DNA of 64,000 nucleotides from Raillietiella orientalis (GCA_036172245.1 JAYWIR010000025.1:1984001-2048000); one strand, 5' to 3'; shown: positions 26,002-39,899, counted from the stretch's first letter. Translations and numbers: made by a program. The notes: generated by a model from the letters alone, not told the origin.

Positions 26002-26095
26002 TACATGAATAGATATAATGAACGTGGTTATTTATGGAATACGATCTTTCGAGATTCGAGCTTTCGGGATTTCGGGATGTGACGTCTCCTGCCTG

Positions 26096-26163
26096 GGAAG
26101 ATTCTTTGGCTGGACCGAGCTGCACCGCAGCAGCCGCAGCTCTCAGAGGACCGCGGACCGCTC
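26096..26163 (+). repeat. 68-bp direct repeat, copy 1 (copy 2 at 26978-27045)
   Basis: 62/68 identical by manual alignment. Confidence 0.9.
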
Positions 26164-26977
26164 GCTCCTGAAAGTGCATTTCGGACTCTCTCACGAGTTG
26201 AAAAAATCTTTCTGTAGTATCTCATGGAATTGCAACGAGAGGTCCGAGGGCAGAAATTCATAGGACCCCCTACTGCCAGCTTCCTCGGAACCTACGAGCA
26301 CTGGTAGAAGAATCAGCCGTTGCGATTCTTCGCTCTGGCTCACTCCGGACGTTCGAAGACACCTCGCCAGCGCTCAAGCGGACTCGTAGACAGAGAGGGG
26401 GAGAAAATGGGGAGTCATGACCCGTCCGAGACCCGAAAGCTCGTTCGCCGTGGTCGTGTCCGATCCAAGCAGTGACGACATTCTGTAAGAAGAGAGTGGA
26501 GAGCTCCAAGAAGGCGTTTCTCGGCATGATCACGCTGCCGCGCTCAGCATCCGATGAAACGGCGACGCCTGGTGGACTCGCCGGCCGGGGAATCCCTCAG
26601 ACGACCCCTTAAAGTGACATCCACACACTGTCGGGCCATCCCGGGATGAAGGCTGCCGCCAAGCTTTTCACCTGAGTTACGACGGCAGCCGAGCAGGCAG
26701 TAGCAAGAGGAGCAGTAAGGAGAACACCCGTTGACGGACGCAATGGTTGTTGGTTCGCGGCCCGGCGCCAGACCCACCTCCGCCTCCACGGAGCGGTGTA
26801 CCGCCCACGCTGGTCTTGAGCGTTCGTCGCGAACCAGCTCTTCCTCCTGCCAGCCACAGCGGAGATCGCGCTCCCCTGCTGCCGAGCTGCGAGCTTCTGT
26901 TCAGCTGGAGTGACCTCTTGCCGTCTCCCTGTACGAGTATCCTCGTCAGCAGCTCCCGCGGCAGTTCTTTGAGCCGC

Positions 26978-27045
26978 GGAAGATTCTTTGGCCGGACTAA
27001 GCTGCACAGCAGCAGCCGCAGCCCTCAGAGGACCGCGGACTGCTC
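26978..27045 (+). repeat. 68-bp direct repeat, copy 2
   Basis: See copy 1. Confidence 0.9.
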
Positions 27046-27255
27046 TCCATGGCGAGCATGCCGGCCGGGCTGGTCCTCAATTCGAGATCACGAAGAATGC
27101 CGCCGGAGCTTCGCGGGCAGGTTGGAGAGGAATACGTGTGGAGAAGTCGCCTGTTGGTGCTCCCTTCCCTCCTCTCCTTCCAAGGAGTGCGGTCTTCTCA
27201 CGGCCATCCCTTTTTTTTGTCTTCTCCGCTTCCCCCCTCCTACTAAGCTCTTTCA

Positions 27256-29500
27256 TTGACCTGAGACCAGCCTGTGATCCGAAAAAACCCTTGAGGGTAT
27301 TTTGTTTATACTTTGCGTATTAATTTATAGGTTGGAATGGGATTGTCCAGGGGCGACTGAGTTTAAGTAGGCGAGGGAGTGGATAGATCAAGGAAGCGGC
27401 GGAAGATGTGGAAAAAGTTCCTCTCCATCCCCTTACTCAGCTCCGAATCTTCTACGTGTGGGATTTGTCAGCTACCATTTGTAGATATGTCGGACCGTCC
27501 CTCTGTTTGAGCGACCGCACCCTAGTGGTTACTGACCACGCATCAATGCTGGCCTCTCACTCACGGCAACGAGTCCGAGGTTCCGTTTGCGTCGCGCTTG
27601 GCTGATCTCGTAGGAGACTCTGCCGGAAAACACAGCGGCGATTCGCCCCGCTCCGGCTTTTCAAACAGAGGATCGTATCTGCCAGCGCCTTCTCATTCCG
27701 TGACCCAGACACGAGAAGTGACCTGCGTTCCCGGAGATAAGTTCACCGTAATCGACCTCGGATTAACCTCTCCCTTCCTTGGATTCCCTTCCAGACATCG
27801 ACTTGCAGGCGACATCAAGACTATGAAATGAGTTCATCCTAAAACCACGGGGTACTACGAACCCTGAGGCGCTGTTCTGAAGAGCTGCGATGGCTGCAAC
27901 GGTGCTCCGCAGCGGCCACGGTCACTTCCTCGTTTGCGCATGCCCAGGACGGGGCCGAACCGGCAGATGGGCCGAGCTCGGTGAGAAGAGACCCTTAGGA
28001 GTGGTCCGGAAGCTGGAGACCAGAGCGGCATCGGTGACCACCGGCGCTCGAGGGTTCGGCCTGCACGCCGAGGATCCGAGGAAACCTCCTCCGCTCCGAC
28101 CGCCAGGAGTCGCACCCCAGCAATCCCCTGGATGCTCCCTTTGCCCAAGAGCGAGCATTTTACCCGTCTGCCTTCCCCTGTGGACAAAAGACCAGAGGCA
28201 AGTGGGAGGACATCCAGAGAACGCCATGGGTCACGGCCTTCGCAGTGCCGATACTCTCCCATTCTTCTCCCCCTCCCATTACCTCCTTCTTGTTCCCGTT
28301 CGGGCTGCAGAGCGGAAAAGACCCGGTTCGCTCCGGGGCGCATTCTCCCTGCGTTCCAAAGAGCCTGAGGCTCCTTGTGACCCCGCCCGAGCGGTCGGAA
28401 GCCAACACTCACCGAAGAAGAAACCTCCATCTAGAGGAAGATCATTGACTACCATCTTCCCGTCCACTATGGTCCTCCTCAGATGTGGGCTCTCAATGAC
28501 CGCCACTTTGCCACCCGCGTCCAGATCGTTCTGCAGGTAGTGATGCTTCATCTTGTGCATCTCTGGAAGAGAAAGACAGATGGACCAGCGGCGTCACCGA
28601 CTCGAGTGTGTCTCGGAAGGGAGGGATGACACTGGAAGGGAAATCTTCCCTCCCCCCCTCCCCTCACAGCATCCCAGCATCTCGCACCCCGACAAGGATC
28701 CCAAGGGTCTCCGACACCGGGACCTCGGAACCCACCCAGCATCCGGATCGGATTGGATCAGCGAATCTCGGACTCTGGAGAAGGGGGGAGAAAGGCTGGC
28801 TACCTCTCCTCCCGAACGGATCGCGTCCTGCCTCTCCCTGTCTCCTGTCCATCCCATTCCTTCTTCCTGCGGAGAGGGAACGGGAATGCCCCGAGGGGAG
28901 AAACAAAGGAACGGGGGAAGAGAGACTCGCTGAGCAAAGGGAAAGGGAATGGGGTGGACGGGAGGCAGGAAGAGGCAGGAAACATCCTGGTGCTTAGCGT
29001 GCCCTGCGCGGCTAGGGGTGGGGAGCGCTGAACCGGTAGCGGGTCGCTCGCGGAGGTGCTGCTTCCGTGAGTACACGGGGAGCTGCTCCGCGCACTGAAC
29101 CCCCTGGTATCCCGAGCGTAGCATCCTTGCATTTCCCCGTCGCCATCTTCCAGGGGGCTGAACTGGGGCAGTTCACTCCCCTTTCCCTTGAAGGCACCCG
29201 GAGAGAGAGAAAGTCAGAAGACCTTAGACCTCTCGAGGCCGGTTGTAGCACCTCGGGCAGGACCTCCGGACGGCGGTGCATTCCGTTCAGGGGAGGGCAG
29301 GCAGAGGTCAGCAGCTCTACGGGCACTTCCGCACTTTACCGATGCCCGAGCCAGCCTCCCTGTTGACCTTACCGGGGTGGAGGGTAAGAGGAGCCACAAG
29401 TCACGGCCCCATCCCACCCCTCCTTCTCGAAAACCGGAATCACCTCTTCGTCGAGCGCCGGGTCAGCGGACGCGCGTCAGTTTGCGGGAAGGAATGAAAG
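27256..29500 (-). mobile_element. 3' part of REL-type non-LTR retrotransposon
   Basis: HYLQNDLDAGGKVAVIESPHL (endonuclease EPH region); 3' terminus homologous to 47629-47690. Confidence 0.5.
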
Positions 29501-30159
29501 GGTCGGCTGGGGCTGAGACGGCGGTGACCTGCAGGCGACCCCCATTTTGTCTCAGGTGCTGGTGTGACTGTTCGGAAGCGCACAATCCCAGAAGGAATAT
29601 CAGGGACGCGGGAGCCCTAGCCTTCAGACCAGGGGGAGGAGGCAGTGAGAGAGGGAGGATGAGAGCGAAAGCCAGGAGCAGCGCCAGAGATGCTGCTCAA
29701 CCCCGGGGGATTCCGCAGCAGCCGGCTCACGAGTCCGCTCGTGTGCCCGCACCTTGGGAGAAGAGGTGGCGTTGACCATGCGAGGAGGCTTCCTGGGGAG
29801 GTAAGGGATTGACATTGAAGCGAGACCCGTAAGAAGGGTCAGAAGAGAACGATCAAGCCTAGGGAGGGCCTTCCCTCTTCCACTATAAGCAGGAGTGGGG
29901 ACGCTTGAGGCAGCGATTCGGAGGGGGGGGGGGGCGTAAGGCGCCTCCGATTGCTACGGCGTGGCAGGAAGTCTCGGAAGCGCGGTCGGAGGGGAGGAAG
30001 GAGTCGGGAGGAGGGAGAGGTCAGTCTCTTGGGACCACACAAACCTCCTCTGTTACTCTGCTTTGATTCCCGAAGGTTCCTTCTCCACTCCTCATCCAAA
30101 GGGGCGAACTCGGTCAGGCTGAGGCGCTTCTTTGCCCGCTGGAGGCCCTGTGTCCTCCC

Positions 30160-30464
30160 GTAGGCCTCGAGGTCAAGAGGGGAACGCCCGCTCCTGAGAT
30201 GAGACGCCGCATCGTGGCAGAAGGAGAGCGACCTCGTCACAGGGGGCGGCTTCCCAGTGACCCGCGGCGTCGGCTCCGGCCGCCGCTCGTCCTCCGAGTC
30301 CGAGGACGCCGCCGCGGCGAACTGCGAAGAGAACCGTTGCCCCGGCGATGGCGGGCGGCTCCGTATGGCTGCCTGCTGCTGCTGCCTCCTCCTGCGGCAC
30401 TGGCTCTCGTCGTCCGAGAAGAACTCCGTGCCGAAGATCCTCGCGGTCTGCATCCCTGCAGCTC
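30160..30464 (-). CDS. Candidate upstream exon of the AIP3-domain gene
   Basis: Acceptor ttttgcag| followed by open frame MQTARIFGTEFFSDDES...SSDSEDERRPEP...SPLDLE; no clear canonical donor found. Confidence 0.35.
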
Positions 30465-31745
30465 CTGCAAAACAGCGGCATCCCTCCTTCAGTTTTCCCC
30501 TTCCCCCGGAGAAAAAAGCCAGAAGTGCCCCTGGGAGGTCTGAGGTCACCGAGCAACGAGGCAGCCTCCGCCATGGAGACGGCGACAGAGAGCGCCCGAC
30601 GGACGTAACTCGATGCTGCGGCAGATTCGCGTGGGCGAGAGAGGTACACTCTGTTGACTCCCACCCCACCCTCCTTATGCAGTTCTGCAGTCTCGACCTT
30701 CCTCCTCGGGAAGGTCTAGACCGAAACCCCGAGGGTGCCTTGGTGCGGACACAGTAGGCTTCCGAGAAGACGTCCTCGAGGGGAAACGCGGAGCTCTCAT
30801 CCCCTTCTGGGGCTTCGGCTGCCCCACGATGGCATCCCCGGGTATCTACGAGGGGATTCCCTCTACGTGGTCACCCTGCTTCCCCCTCCGCGAAGAAACC
30901 CCGAAGACGGAGCGCGAGGTGACCTCGCTCCACGCTCGCCAAAAGACACCCCACCTCCAGCCGGAGAACCCGTCTCGGTTGCCTCCGGAGCGGAGGGAAT
31001 CAATCGGGCACTCCACGTTTAACCGCCCCTTCCTCCGCCACCCCTTCCGTAAGGGGAGACTTCCTAGAGAGGTGGTCAAGCGAGACCCTGGTTACCGCAA
31101 GGAGCAGCCAATAGTGGGGGTAGAGGGGGGGGGAGAGACCGGGAGAGGGACACCCCACCACCACCACCAAGCAAGTTGGCATGGCACGAACGTCCGGCGG
31201 CTGCTGCGGCGGCGGGGCGTGACGTCAGCGTGAGTCCGAAAATAGCGCGAGACTGCGCACACGCTCTTTTCGCTCGCTCTCTCGTGACTCACCGCCTCCG
31301 GAGCGCGCTCTGGAGACGGGAAGGGGAAGATGGATGGGAGGTGTGGAAGGAAAAATTGGAGGGTCCTTTGGAGTCGCAGCTGGGGGAGGAGGAAGTGGAA
31401 AGCGCACAATGGCAAGCATCCCAGCTTGCCTAAGGCGTGGACGTCTTTGACACCGCTTTCGCCATCCCGCGCCTCGTCTGCGGCGAAGAGGAAGCTCGAA
31501 GTCTCCGAGTGCGGGCGGCCCAGCCACTGAGACCTCAAATCTCACGCGTGACCGCCTCCCACCCGTGGAGTAGGGGTAAGCGGTGAGCGGGTGGGGAGAG
31601 GAGGAAACGCCCGATCCGCCTCTGCCGAAATCGGCCCGTTTCGCTCTTTGATCCCTTCTCTCTGAGGCCCGGAGGACAGGTACGTGTGTGGCCACTGCCC
31701 CCTTGGAGGGAGAGAGGGAGCTCCGCAGGCACCGCAGGGAACGTG

Positions 31746-31771
31746 CTCCTCCTCCTCCTCCTCCTCCTCCT
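31746..31771. repeat. (CTC)n microsatellite
   Basis: Read directly. Confidence 0.9.
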
Positions 31772-32049
31772 CTCATCCACGCGCGCACGCGCGACACACT
31801 CGGCACGCTCGGTTGCGGAAGTCGCTCCAGCATCCGACCCGCGGGAGTTGGCTGCTCCCGAGCACGGAAGTCGTAAACTTCCTGATCAGAAGACGGCGCG
31901 AACGGCTGATCGGAAAGTTCGAGATTCCAGCTTTAATTTTGGACGGGAGACCGACGAAAATAAACAACTCGTCCCGGAAACTGCTCGGGTAATCCCAGCT
32001 TTTCCCCGGTTGCTTCCCGCGGCACCGAGATCAGAGCTCTCTGCAGAGT

Positions 32050-33900
32050 GAAAACCGTGTGACGTTCCGTCGGTTGTCTGCCAGGCTATTGGAGCAGGAG
32101 GAAGGGGAGAATGGGAAGGCAAGGGGAAAAAGTCGCTCCGAACCCCTCTGGATTCGAATCGACCACCTGCGCCATTCTCGTCTTCGCTTGGAGAGGTCGT
32201 GGTCCAGACCTCGGAAGCGCCCTCCATGCTCCACGGAAACGAACCGTCTCCAGGACCCTCCCGCAACCACCACCAAAGGATACCTGTGGGCTACGGTCCT
32301 CATCCACTCCCATCTCATCAATCGATCCGACTCGCATCTTTGTTTCATCCTGGCTTGCCTGGAGCGTGGGCGTATTGGACTTCGTCGTCGCCATCCCATG
32401 AGACAAGGCAACATGGAGAGGTCATGAAGGGAAAAGCTCCGTGGACGGTTCCCACAGCTTCCGAGACGGCGGTCCCATTTCGCTGTTCCGGCAACCCCTC
32501 GGCTACAAAAGGTTCGCGCGCCATCGACATTTTACCTTCTTGGATCCTCCCCCCCCCTTCCAAAAAACATTGCCTGCGGCACTCAGAAGCCTCTCCTTTC
32601 TGCGCACACGGCACTGAACACCCCAAAATCAGGTTCCAGAAACATCTGCGCCACTCGGCTCAGCTCGCTTCACCCCTCTTGATCGAAACTAGCGTCTAGA
32701 CTTCTCTGGCTGCCGGGGGAAGACCGAGGCGTCCCATTCTCACAGCTGCAAGGCACCTGCAGGCGGAGTCCCCCGAAGCGACACGGAGAACCTCAGGGAC
32801 CCAGCTTCTGGGTCGTCCAGGGCAAAGCCGACAGCTCCTCTCAAAGCACACATTCAGCCTCAGCAGCTGCTGAATCACGGGGTGCACTTCCGATCGGTCC
32901 TTCTCTGCGCTCTGGGGCTTCCTCGAGGGAGCAGAGCGAGAGTCCTGAAAGCTGGTGGGGTGCTCCCTCATCCCCCTCTCCTTCATGATCGTGGCTTCTC
33001 TGCACTCCTGCGCCTTCCAGGGAAAGAAGAACGTCCTGGGTACTGCCCCCCAAGTAGGAGAACTTTTTCCTCCGCGCCCTCGGGCTGCTGCACGAGCACG
33101 GACCTGCAGGTCGAAGCGGCTCCACCCTCTTCCTTCCTTCCCCCTTCCTCTTCCGCCAACAGCTCTCTCGACCTCTGCTCACAGAGACGGAAGTTGCCTC
33201 AGCCAGAAGACGGCGGCTCGTCGGCAATCTCTTCGGGCATCGGCGTCGCCTAAGGGCCCCGTGCGGAGGGAAACGCGGTGCTCCGGATCCCTCCCTTCGT
33301 CGTCCGCTCCGCGAATGCCACTATGACCTGGAGACGCTCGCTTATCTTGCTCGCGATACTGCTGTAACCGCCGAGGGGGTCTCTTGGGCCACACCCGACG
33401 AGGTCGCGCCTTGAGCGGTGGGTACAGGGAAGGACGGGTCAGGACCACATCACGAACCCGATTCGAAGTTCCCTCCTCCCCTCCCACGCATTGAGGCGGT
33501 TTCTCGCATCCCGTCTGCATCCTCTGTGGACGCGACTGGGGCTCCCCCGTTGCAATGATGCGCCTTCGGTAGAGACCCGGCGATCCCACCCGCTGCCGTG
33601 AGAGCGAAAGAGCTCTCGGGCTGGAGGCGCGCGTTCATTCCGAACAACCTCGATCCCCTTCCTCGGAATGCTCCTCCCGAACTCTTGGCCATCTCGATTC
33701 GTCTCCAGGAGACGGCAGCAGCCGCAATCTCTCGAAAGGATGCTCGTCGAATGTGCTCGTCTTCCGATCAGCTGGCGCGTCGAAAGCGGCAGTACGGGAT
33801 TCGGGAGGGTATCGCGAATCCTCGCTGCTGACTTCTGCTTCTTGTAACGATGAATTACATGATGACCCTAGTTTGATTTCTCTGGCAGCGACCCCTTCTA
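32050..33900 (-). mobile_element. Decayed non-LTR RT
   Basis: AFD (~33780), VRDVVLTRPSLY (GVRQG...P.L), GADD (~33300) and FSYLG (~33055) in the correct order. Confidence 0.55.
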
Positions 33901-34299
33901 GAGGGAGGCGCAAAAACTTTCGCGGTCACTCACGATCTTGAGTCGGCTCAGCCACGAGCGGCAGTCATCGCCTTGCGACCAGCGGCGCCGCAGACATCTA
34001 TGGAATGGAGAAGGGCTGGAGACAGAGCATCTCTCGCGCCTGGACCTCAAAGGAAAAGACCCTTTTCTGCCTGGCCTCCGCGTAAGCAGGATGGCGCTGC
34101 TGCCACGCAGAAGAGAACACTGAACCTTCCTTTCCCTGAGTACGCTGTCACTCTTGAATCCTCGTCGCTTCTCAAGGTCCAAAACTTTAGGAATTAGAAG
34201 CCGCGCATCGCGATTTCCCGGAGGGAATGGACTTGAGCGGAACTGCGTCAATGAGCTTCCCCTCTCTCTTGACGTAGGGGGAGACTGACAGAGAAACAC

Positions 34300-37200
34300 G
34301 AATCCCCGCCGTCTTCTTTTCTCTGGTTTGGGTTGGCGGAGCAGTCTCTGGTCATGGCCTTTTCGCTCCTGCTTCCTCCTTCAGCATCCTCCTGAAAGAC
34401 CACGCTTCCAGAAGGACTGTGGTCCTGTTGCGAATTCTCACGCTCGTGCCACTCTGGAGCTGCTCGCCGGAGCTCTACTCTTGCGTGCCAGATCTAGGCT
34501 GCTGCTTCTGCCGCTGCGGGCCGCAGGCTCGTGGGGCTTCGCCTACCATGCGCTCTTCCTCGGGATGCTCGAGGGTCCGCTGGCTCTTCTGTGGTTCCGC
34601 CAAGGGAGCTGCCCAACGAACCCGTCGCTAGAGAACTCCTCCGAGTTTGGCAGCCCTGACCAGGCTTCGATTCTGGGAGGAAAGCAGCTTTCCTGGCCAC
34701 GCTTCCGACGCAGCAACGGAACAGGAAAGAGAGAGACAGGCACATTCAGCTTCCCGCGGGATCTCACAGGGCAGGAACATGGAGGAGGAGGGGGGGTTCG
34801 GGAAGAAGATTCCACAGGCGACAAACGACTCTTGGTCTGTCCGTCGTCCCACGAGATGTCGTTGGTCAGCGCGGCTCCGCACTTGTTTGGGTCATACCCC
34901 GGTTGAGCCTGTGTCCTCGGGGAGATTCCCGACGTCCAGTTTCCCCTCCGCAAAATCATGGCAGCTTCAGGCGAGCACTTCCGGCCGGACCCCGCTGTCG
35001 CCCCTTCATCGCAGTAACCGCCGTTTCTAGCGAGGCGGTGCTCCTCCCAGAGCGGTCTCGCTCTGGGGTTCTTCTTGACTGCCTACCTGCCTGTGAGGAG
35101 TTCCTCCTCACCCCACCCTTTCTCTCACAAGTTGAACCGAGATCAGGCCGATATGGGGGCGGTTCCGGAGGAGCTTCCGTTTTTCTCGTCTGGAAAGCTG
35201 CCCGATCCCTTTTTTTGCCTGATGACGACCGGTCGGCAGGGTCGCCTGCAAGTTTCTCCGGGACCCGGAGCGCGCATGCGCAGGGCCTAAGAGAAGGAAA
35301 TGTGATGGATGACTCAGAAGGAGACAGCACACATCCCGCCCCCTGGGACCGCTCCGGGACGACGAGCCGTTCTTCCTGGTTCCTCTCCTTCCTCCGCCAC
35401 CCTCGACTGGGCATATCTCCCGGAATTGGATTTCTCCGATCCTCTTGTCGCGCCCCTGAGGGGGGAGGCAGCCCCTGAGCTCTCTCCAGCCCGTCGGATG
35501 ACGCCTGCTTCCGCGGGTCAGAAATTCCGGGCCCCGCGAGCGTCCCCGGAGAATCTCGGAAGGAGCGGAACGTTTCATCCCCGTTGCTCCCTCGAATCCA
35601 CGCCTCCGGCAAGTCACCGTTCGTTACCGCTGTCTGAGGTTTCGTCCAGCCTCTTTTCCTGACCGCTGTGGATTTCAGGACTAAAAAGGCGGGAGGCGCT
35701 AGGGAGAAGCGGAGGAGAGCTTGTTCTCTCTCCTCTTCTCTCTCCAGGACCAGCGTCCACCTCCCTGCCAGGAGGAGGTGATGCGCGCGCTCCACTCCGT
35801 TGGGGAGACAGCCGTCCAGAGACCCGTGAGATGGGGTCACTCGCCCGTCCCCCCGAGGCAAGGACGCGCTCAGCAGCCAGAGAGCCGCGTTCAGACGACT
35901 GCGATCCAGCGCCGCTGCGAGAGGGACGCGTGCGGAAGATCGGCCGCGTTTCCTTCTAGCCAGAGAAGGGATGGGGGAGGGGATGCCTGAGACGGCTCAT
36001 CTTCTCCTCCTCCCATTCTCTTCTCTCCTGCGTGTGCCGCAGAGCATTCAGACTCGTTTTCACATTGGAGCGCCAGGTCCTGAGGTCATTCTCCCCCACA
36101 GCTGAGGAGTGCTGCCCGTTCGCGAGTTTTAGCCTTGTCCGCGCCCCGTCCCCGAGATCCCAGGAAGTCTACGGCGGCGAAAGGAATGGATTGTCCCTCC
36201 CTACCCCCTGCCCCACCAGTTCTGAAGATGCTCTCTTCGCTATCCAGCAGAAACCCCCGGGACCTGCGACAGTTTCCGGAGCATCCAGGGGCAGGAAAGT
36301 CGAAACCGCCTCCTCCGCGCGATCGAACTGTCCTCCTTCGCCCGAGGGCATCACTCCGCGGACCGCGTCGTGGTCGTCCCTGAGGGCCGGGATCATGAGC
36401 TCCGAAACGATCAGCCGCTGCTTCCAGTCCTCCTCCCACCTACGTCTTCTGCAGGGCAGATCCCGGAAGTTGATTCCTCGGTGCCGTTCTCACAGGGCAC
36501 GCCAGTCCTCGGCCGACTCCCTCGGGAGGGCCTGAAGCTCGGGAAACCCTTAGTCCCGGGTCGTGAGTCTGCGGTACAGGATGAGCCGGCAGGCGGATGA
36601 GCACAGCTCTAGGAGAGATCGCCGGGAGGAGGAGGAGGAGGGTAACACGCAAGGAGGAACTCCCTCTGCCCGCACAGGGACGCGCACTCGCGTGAGGGCA
36701 AAGCAGCCCGCCGTTCCCTCTACGCACGGACCAAAAGGGAGGAGGAGACTCGGCGGAGGTCGTGGGCGCTGGACTCTATGTCCCCCGGCGCAGGACAGCA
36801 GGCCGGTGGAAGAGCGCGACAGGGAGCTCCTCAGGGACGCTGTCGGTCAACCTGTGTCAGGTTTTCTCCACAGACTCGACTCCTCCTCCAAATAGATCCA
36901 CACAATCTGAGGAGGGCGAACTCTCGCGACCGCAGGGGGGAGGATCTGCCTGTTCTCAGACCTCAGCCATCTTGTCAAGAACCTTCCCGTGGGGACAGAA
37001 GAGGGTGCGCTCGGTTCGGTTCTCCAGAAGACATCCGCAGCGGATGGGATGCCCCTGGACCCCGACTCCCGATCCCCGGTACCGGCAGCAGGTGAGGGAA
37101 GGGCGGCGGGATGCGTAACCACCTCTAGCGAGGACGGCAGCACTGCGCGCAGGGGGGAAAGGGAAGAGATCCTCACCGTCGACCGGGAGATCAAAGGAGG

Positions 37201-39800
37201 AAAATGCCCGCTCGGGGAGAGTTCCGGAAGCTCCAGGTCCCTTAGCTGAGGATTTCCCAAAACGGCTCTTGAAAAACCCAGGGTTAGAAGCCTGGCGGCG
37301 GTCGCTCTTTGTGACGCGGAAGGATGATCATCCCACGGGTTCCGGGCGGGAAGGAGGCGTCCCCAAAGGCGCGATTCTTCCCATCGGTCCCCTCGGAGGC
37401 GCAGGCTGAGCCCAGGTCCGTCGCTTTCAATCAGGTGAGGCAGGAGCAGGTCTCAGAGCAAGCGGGGACTTCTCCCCCTCCCCTCCCTTCTCTCCTTCCC
37501 CTCTTTTTTTCTTCCCTGGACGGGAGGACTTCCTCGGGGAGGGAGTGACGGAGCGGGATGGGATCTCGAGGGGCGCGCTGCACTACCGGGAGGATCCTAG
37601 GGGATACCTCTCCTTCTCTATCCCTTCACCTCAAAGCTGCCCCCGCTCCTTTCGCCCCTCTCTTCACCACTTGCCGGTCGTGCTCGCCCCTCCCACCCCG
37701 AAGCCCTCACTCCCGCACTCCCATGCCACTTCCAGGAGGGAAATGTTCCCGTCGCATGAGGGTGCCGGAGGGCAGGCAGGGGGTTCCCCGCTCCGGCCGC
37801 GAGGCGGCCTCCCCCATTAGAGGACCTCCCGAGAGCAAGCAGATGCGTACCTGATGACTCCGGCGACGACGTCTCCAGGGGAAACCGCCGCCGCGCTCGG
37901 GAGGCAGCGGGCGAGAGCGGGAGAGAGCGGAGGCGTCGGCACGGACGGGGAGGGGCGGAACGCGCGCACGCTACCGATGCGTCGAAAGGAGGAAGAGGAG
38001 AGATGCTCTCTCCCCCCGTTCCCGCCCCCGCGAACCGAGGGAAAGCGGAGGAGGGGCCAGGAATGCCCTCTCTCCTCCCTCTCCCTCCCCTGCAGGAAGA
38101 GACACCGTGCACCGCGGGGTGGCCAGTGAGGGAAGCTCCGGGACTCTGGGCGGGCAGACCAGAGACTCCGTTGTGTCGATCCTACTCCGACCCCACCTGA
38201 CCCCTTCCTCCGGTCTTGGCAACAGCTCTCGGCCGGCTCTCGGAAGAGCCTTCTTGAGGGAGCTGTCTCGGGGGAAGTTCCCTATACACAACCTCCCGAC
38301 TGCGACTCTGGTTCGTCTCCAAGGCGATGGCGGCGTGGCAGCGCGTCGGTGGTGAAGAGGGACGGCGGTGCCGGCGAAAGAAGCGCTCTCCTCTCCTCCC
38401 TTGATCCTAGGGAAGCGGAGAGGAGGAAGGAAGCCACAGCAAAGGATCTTCCCTCCCTCCCTGTCGGACACCTGCCTCCGTGGCGGACACACGCCGAGGG
38501 ACGTCTATCCCGGCAGGCCAGAACTTCCTCGGAGGAAGACGGCGAGAATCGACCAATGAAGCGCTCGGGATGTCCGTCGCAAAGGCCTCGCTCGAGATGC
38601 TGCTGCCCATCTCCGGCCGTCGCGGGGGAAGGGAGGAGAGAACGGGAAGGGAGAGCTAAACGCGTCCTAAGGACGCCTGCAAGGCGACAGAGAGCACCCG
38701 AGACGGGGAAGCTGAGCGCGGCTGTACCCACCTAGGACTTGCCAGGAGATCCGGGTGCGGGGAAAGTCATCTGTGCCTTCACCTGGGATGCAGCATCCAG
38801 AGGATCATCGAAAAGCCCTTTCTCTCCTGGCCGAAAAGGCAGCAGCCTCCCTTTTTTCTGCAGCGTCTACGGGGATCACTGCAGGAGGGACTGGCTGGGG
38901 CGCCAAAAGCCCAGGACGCGATGTTCTCCTCCGGCAGGAAGAGATCCAGCAGCAGCTCCATCTGGAGAGCATGCTGCTCGTGCGCCGTTCCTCTCCCTCC
39001 CCCCCCCCCCTCCCCTTTCCGCTGTTTGCGGCCGTCGCTTCGCCTTGAGACTGGTCCCGCGGGAGGGAGACCGGGAAGCTCTGTGTGGCTATGCGCGCGG
39101 CATCCCTCCGGGATTCCATCCCGACTGGTTCCCTCAACAGATAGGGATGAGGGTCAAGGGCCAATAGCCTCCGGCCTCTCGTCTGTGGAAGCTCCCTCCC
39201 GCGCAATCAGCTCCCTGTCTGGCTTGCGTTTCCCCGCAGAGCCAGCCTCTGGGAGAGCGCTTCGGGGATGCCGCGGCTTCCGAAGGTCGCTCGCCTCCTC
39301 ACCCGCCTGCGGGCTGCAAGTGACCGGTGCGATGAGCGGGGCGAAGGTGGACCACTTATCTATGCAGCTTCCACGGCACATCACGGCAGCCACGTGAGTG
39401 CAAGCGGCGGCTGACATGCGCTCCCCTATGAAACGTGCATGTGACAATCGCGGGAGGAAAAAGGGAGGGAGGGGGAGGGCTGCAAGGATGGTGGGTTTTC
39501 CTCTTCCAGAGAGCTGACTCCGTCGGCTCGCCGGTGGTGTTTCAGAGCCCCCCACGTCAGGGGATTCACAGCGATGGAGGCGGGGTGGGACCACGTTCCA
39601 CCACCCAATGCGTCCTGGATGCTGGCATCACGTCCCATTCATCGAAGATGACTCCTGGCAGTCGAAAGTTTTCCTCCTCCGGGATCATGGGAAAGTCCCA
39701 GGGATTCTGTTGAGTTTTGTGGCCATTGGATGGACTAGGATGAGGTAGAGGAACCAAGAGGGAAAAGGTGGGTGTTCTAACCTCTGGTGTAGGGGTGTTC
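34300..39800 (-). mobile_element. Long decayed REL-type (NeSL/R2-group-like) non-LTR retrotransposon
   Basis: MPASRTHWVV (protease-like HW) at ~39610, QGVGRDNPFLSP at ~36200, GADK, NVKT, then ARLKLP at ~34965. Confidence 0.5.
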
Positions 39801-39899
39801 TGTTCCGGCACATTCTGTTTTGCAGATCAGCATCTGCCGGGAGCAGGCGGGGAACCAGCCTTCGCACGGGGGGGGGAAGAGGGGGAGGGAACAGAGCGA

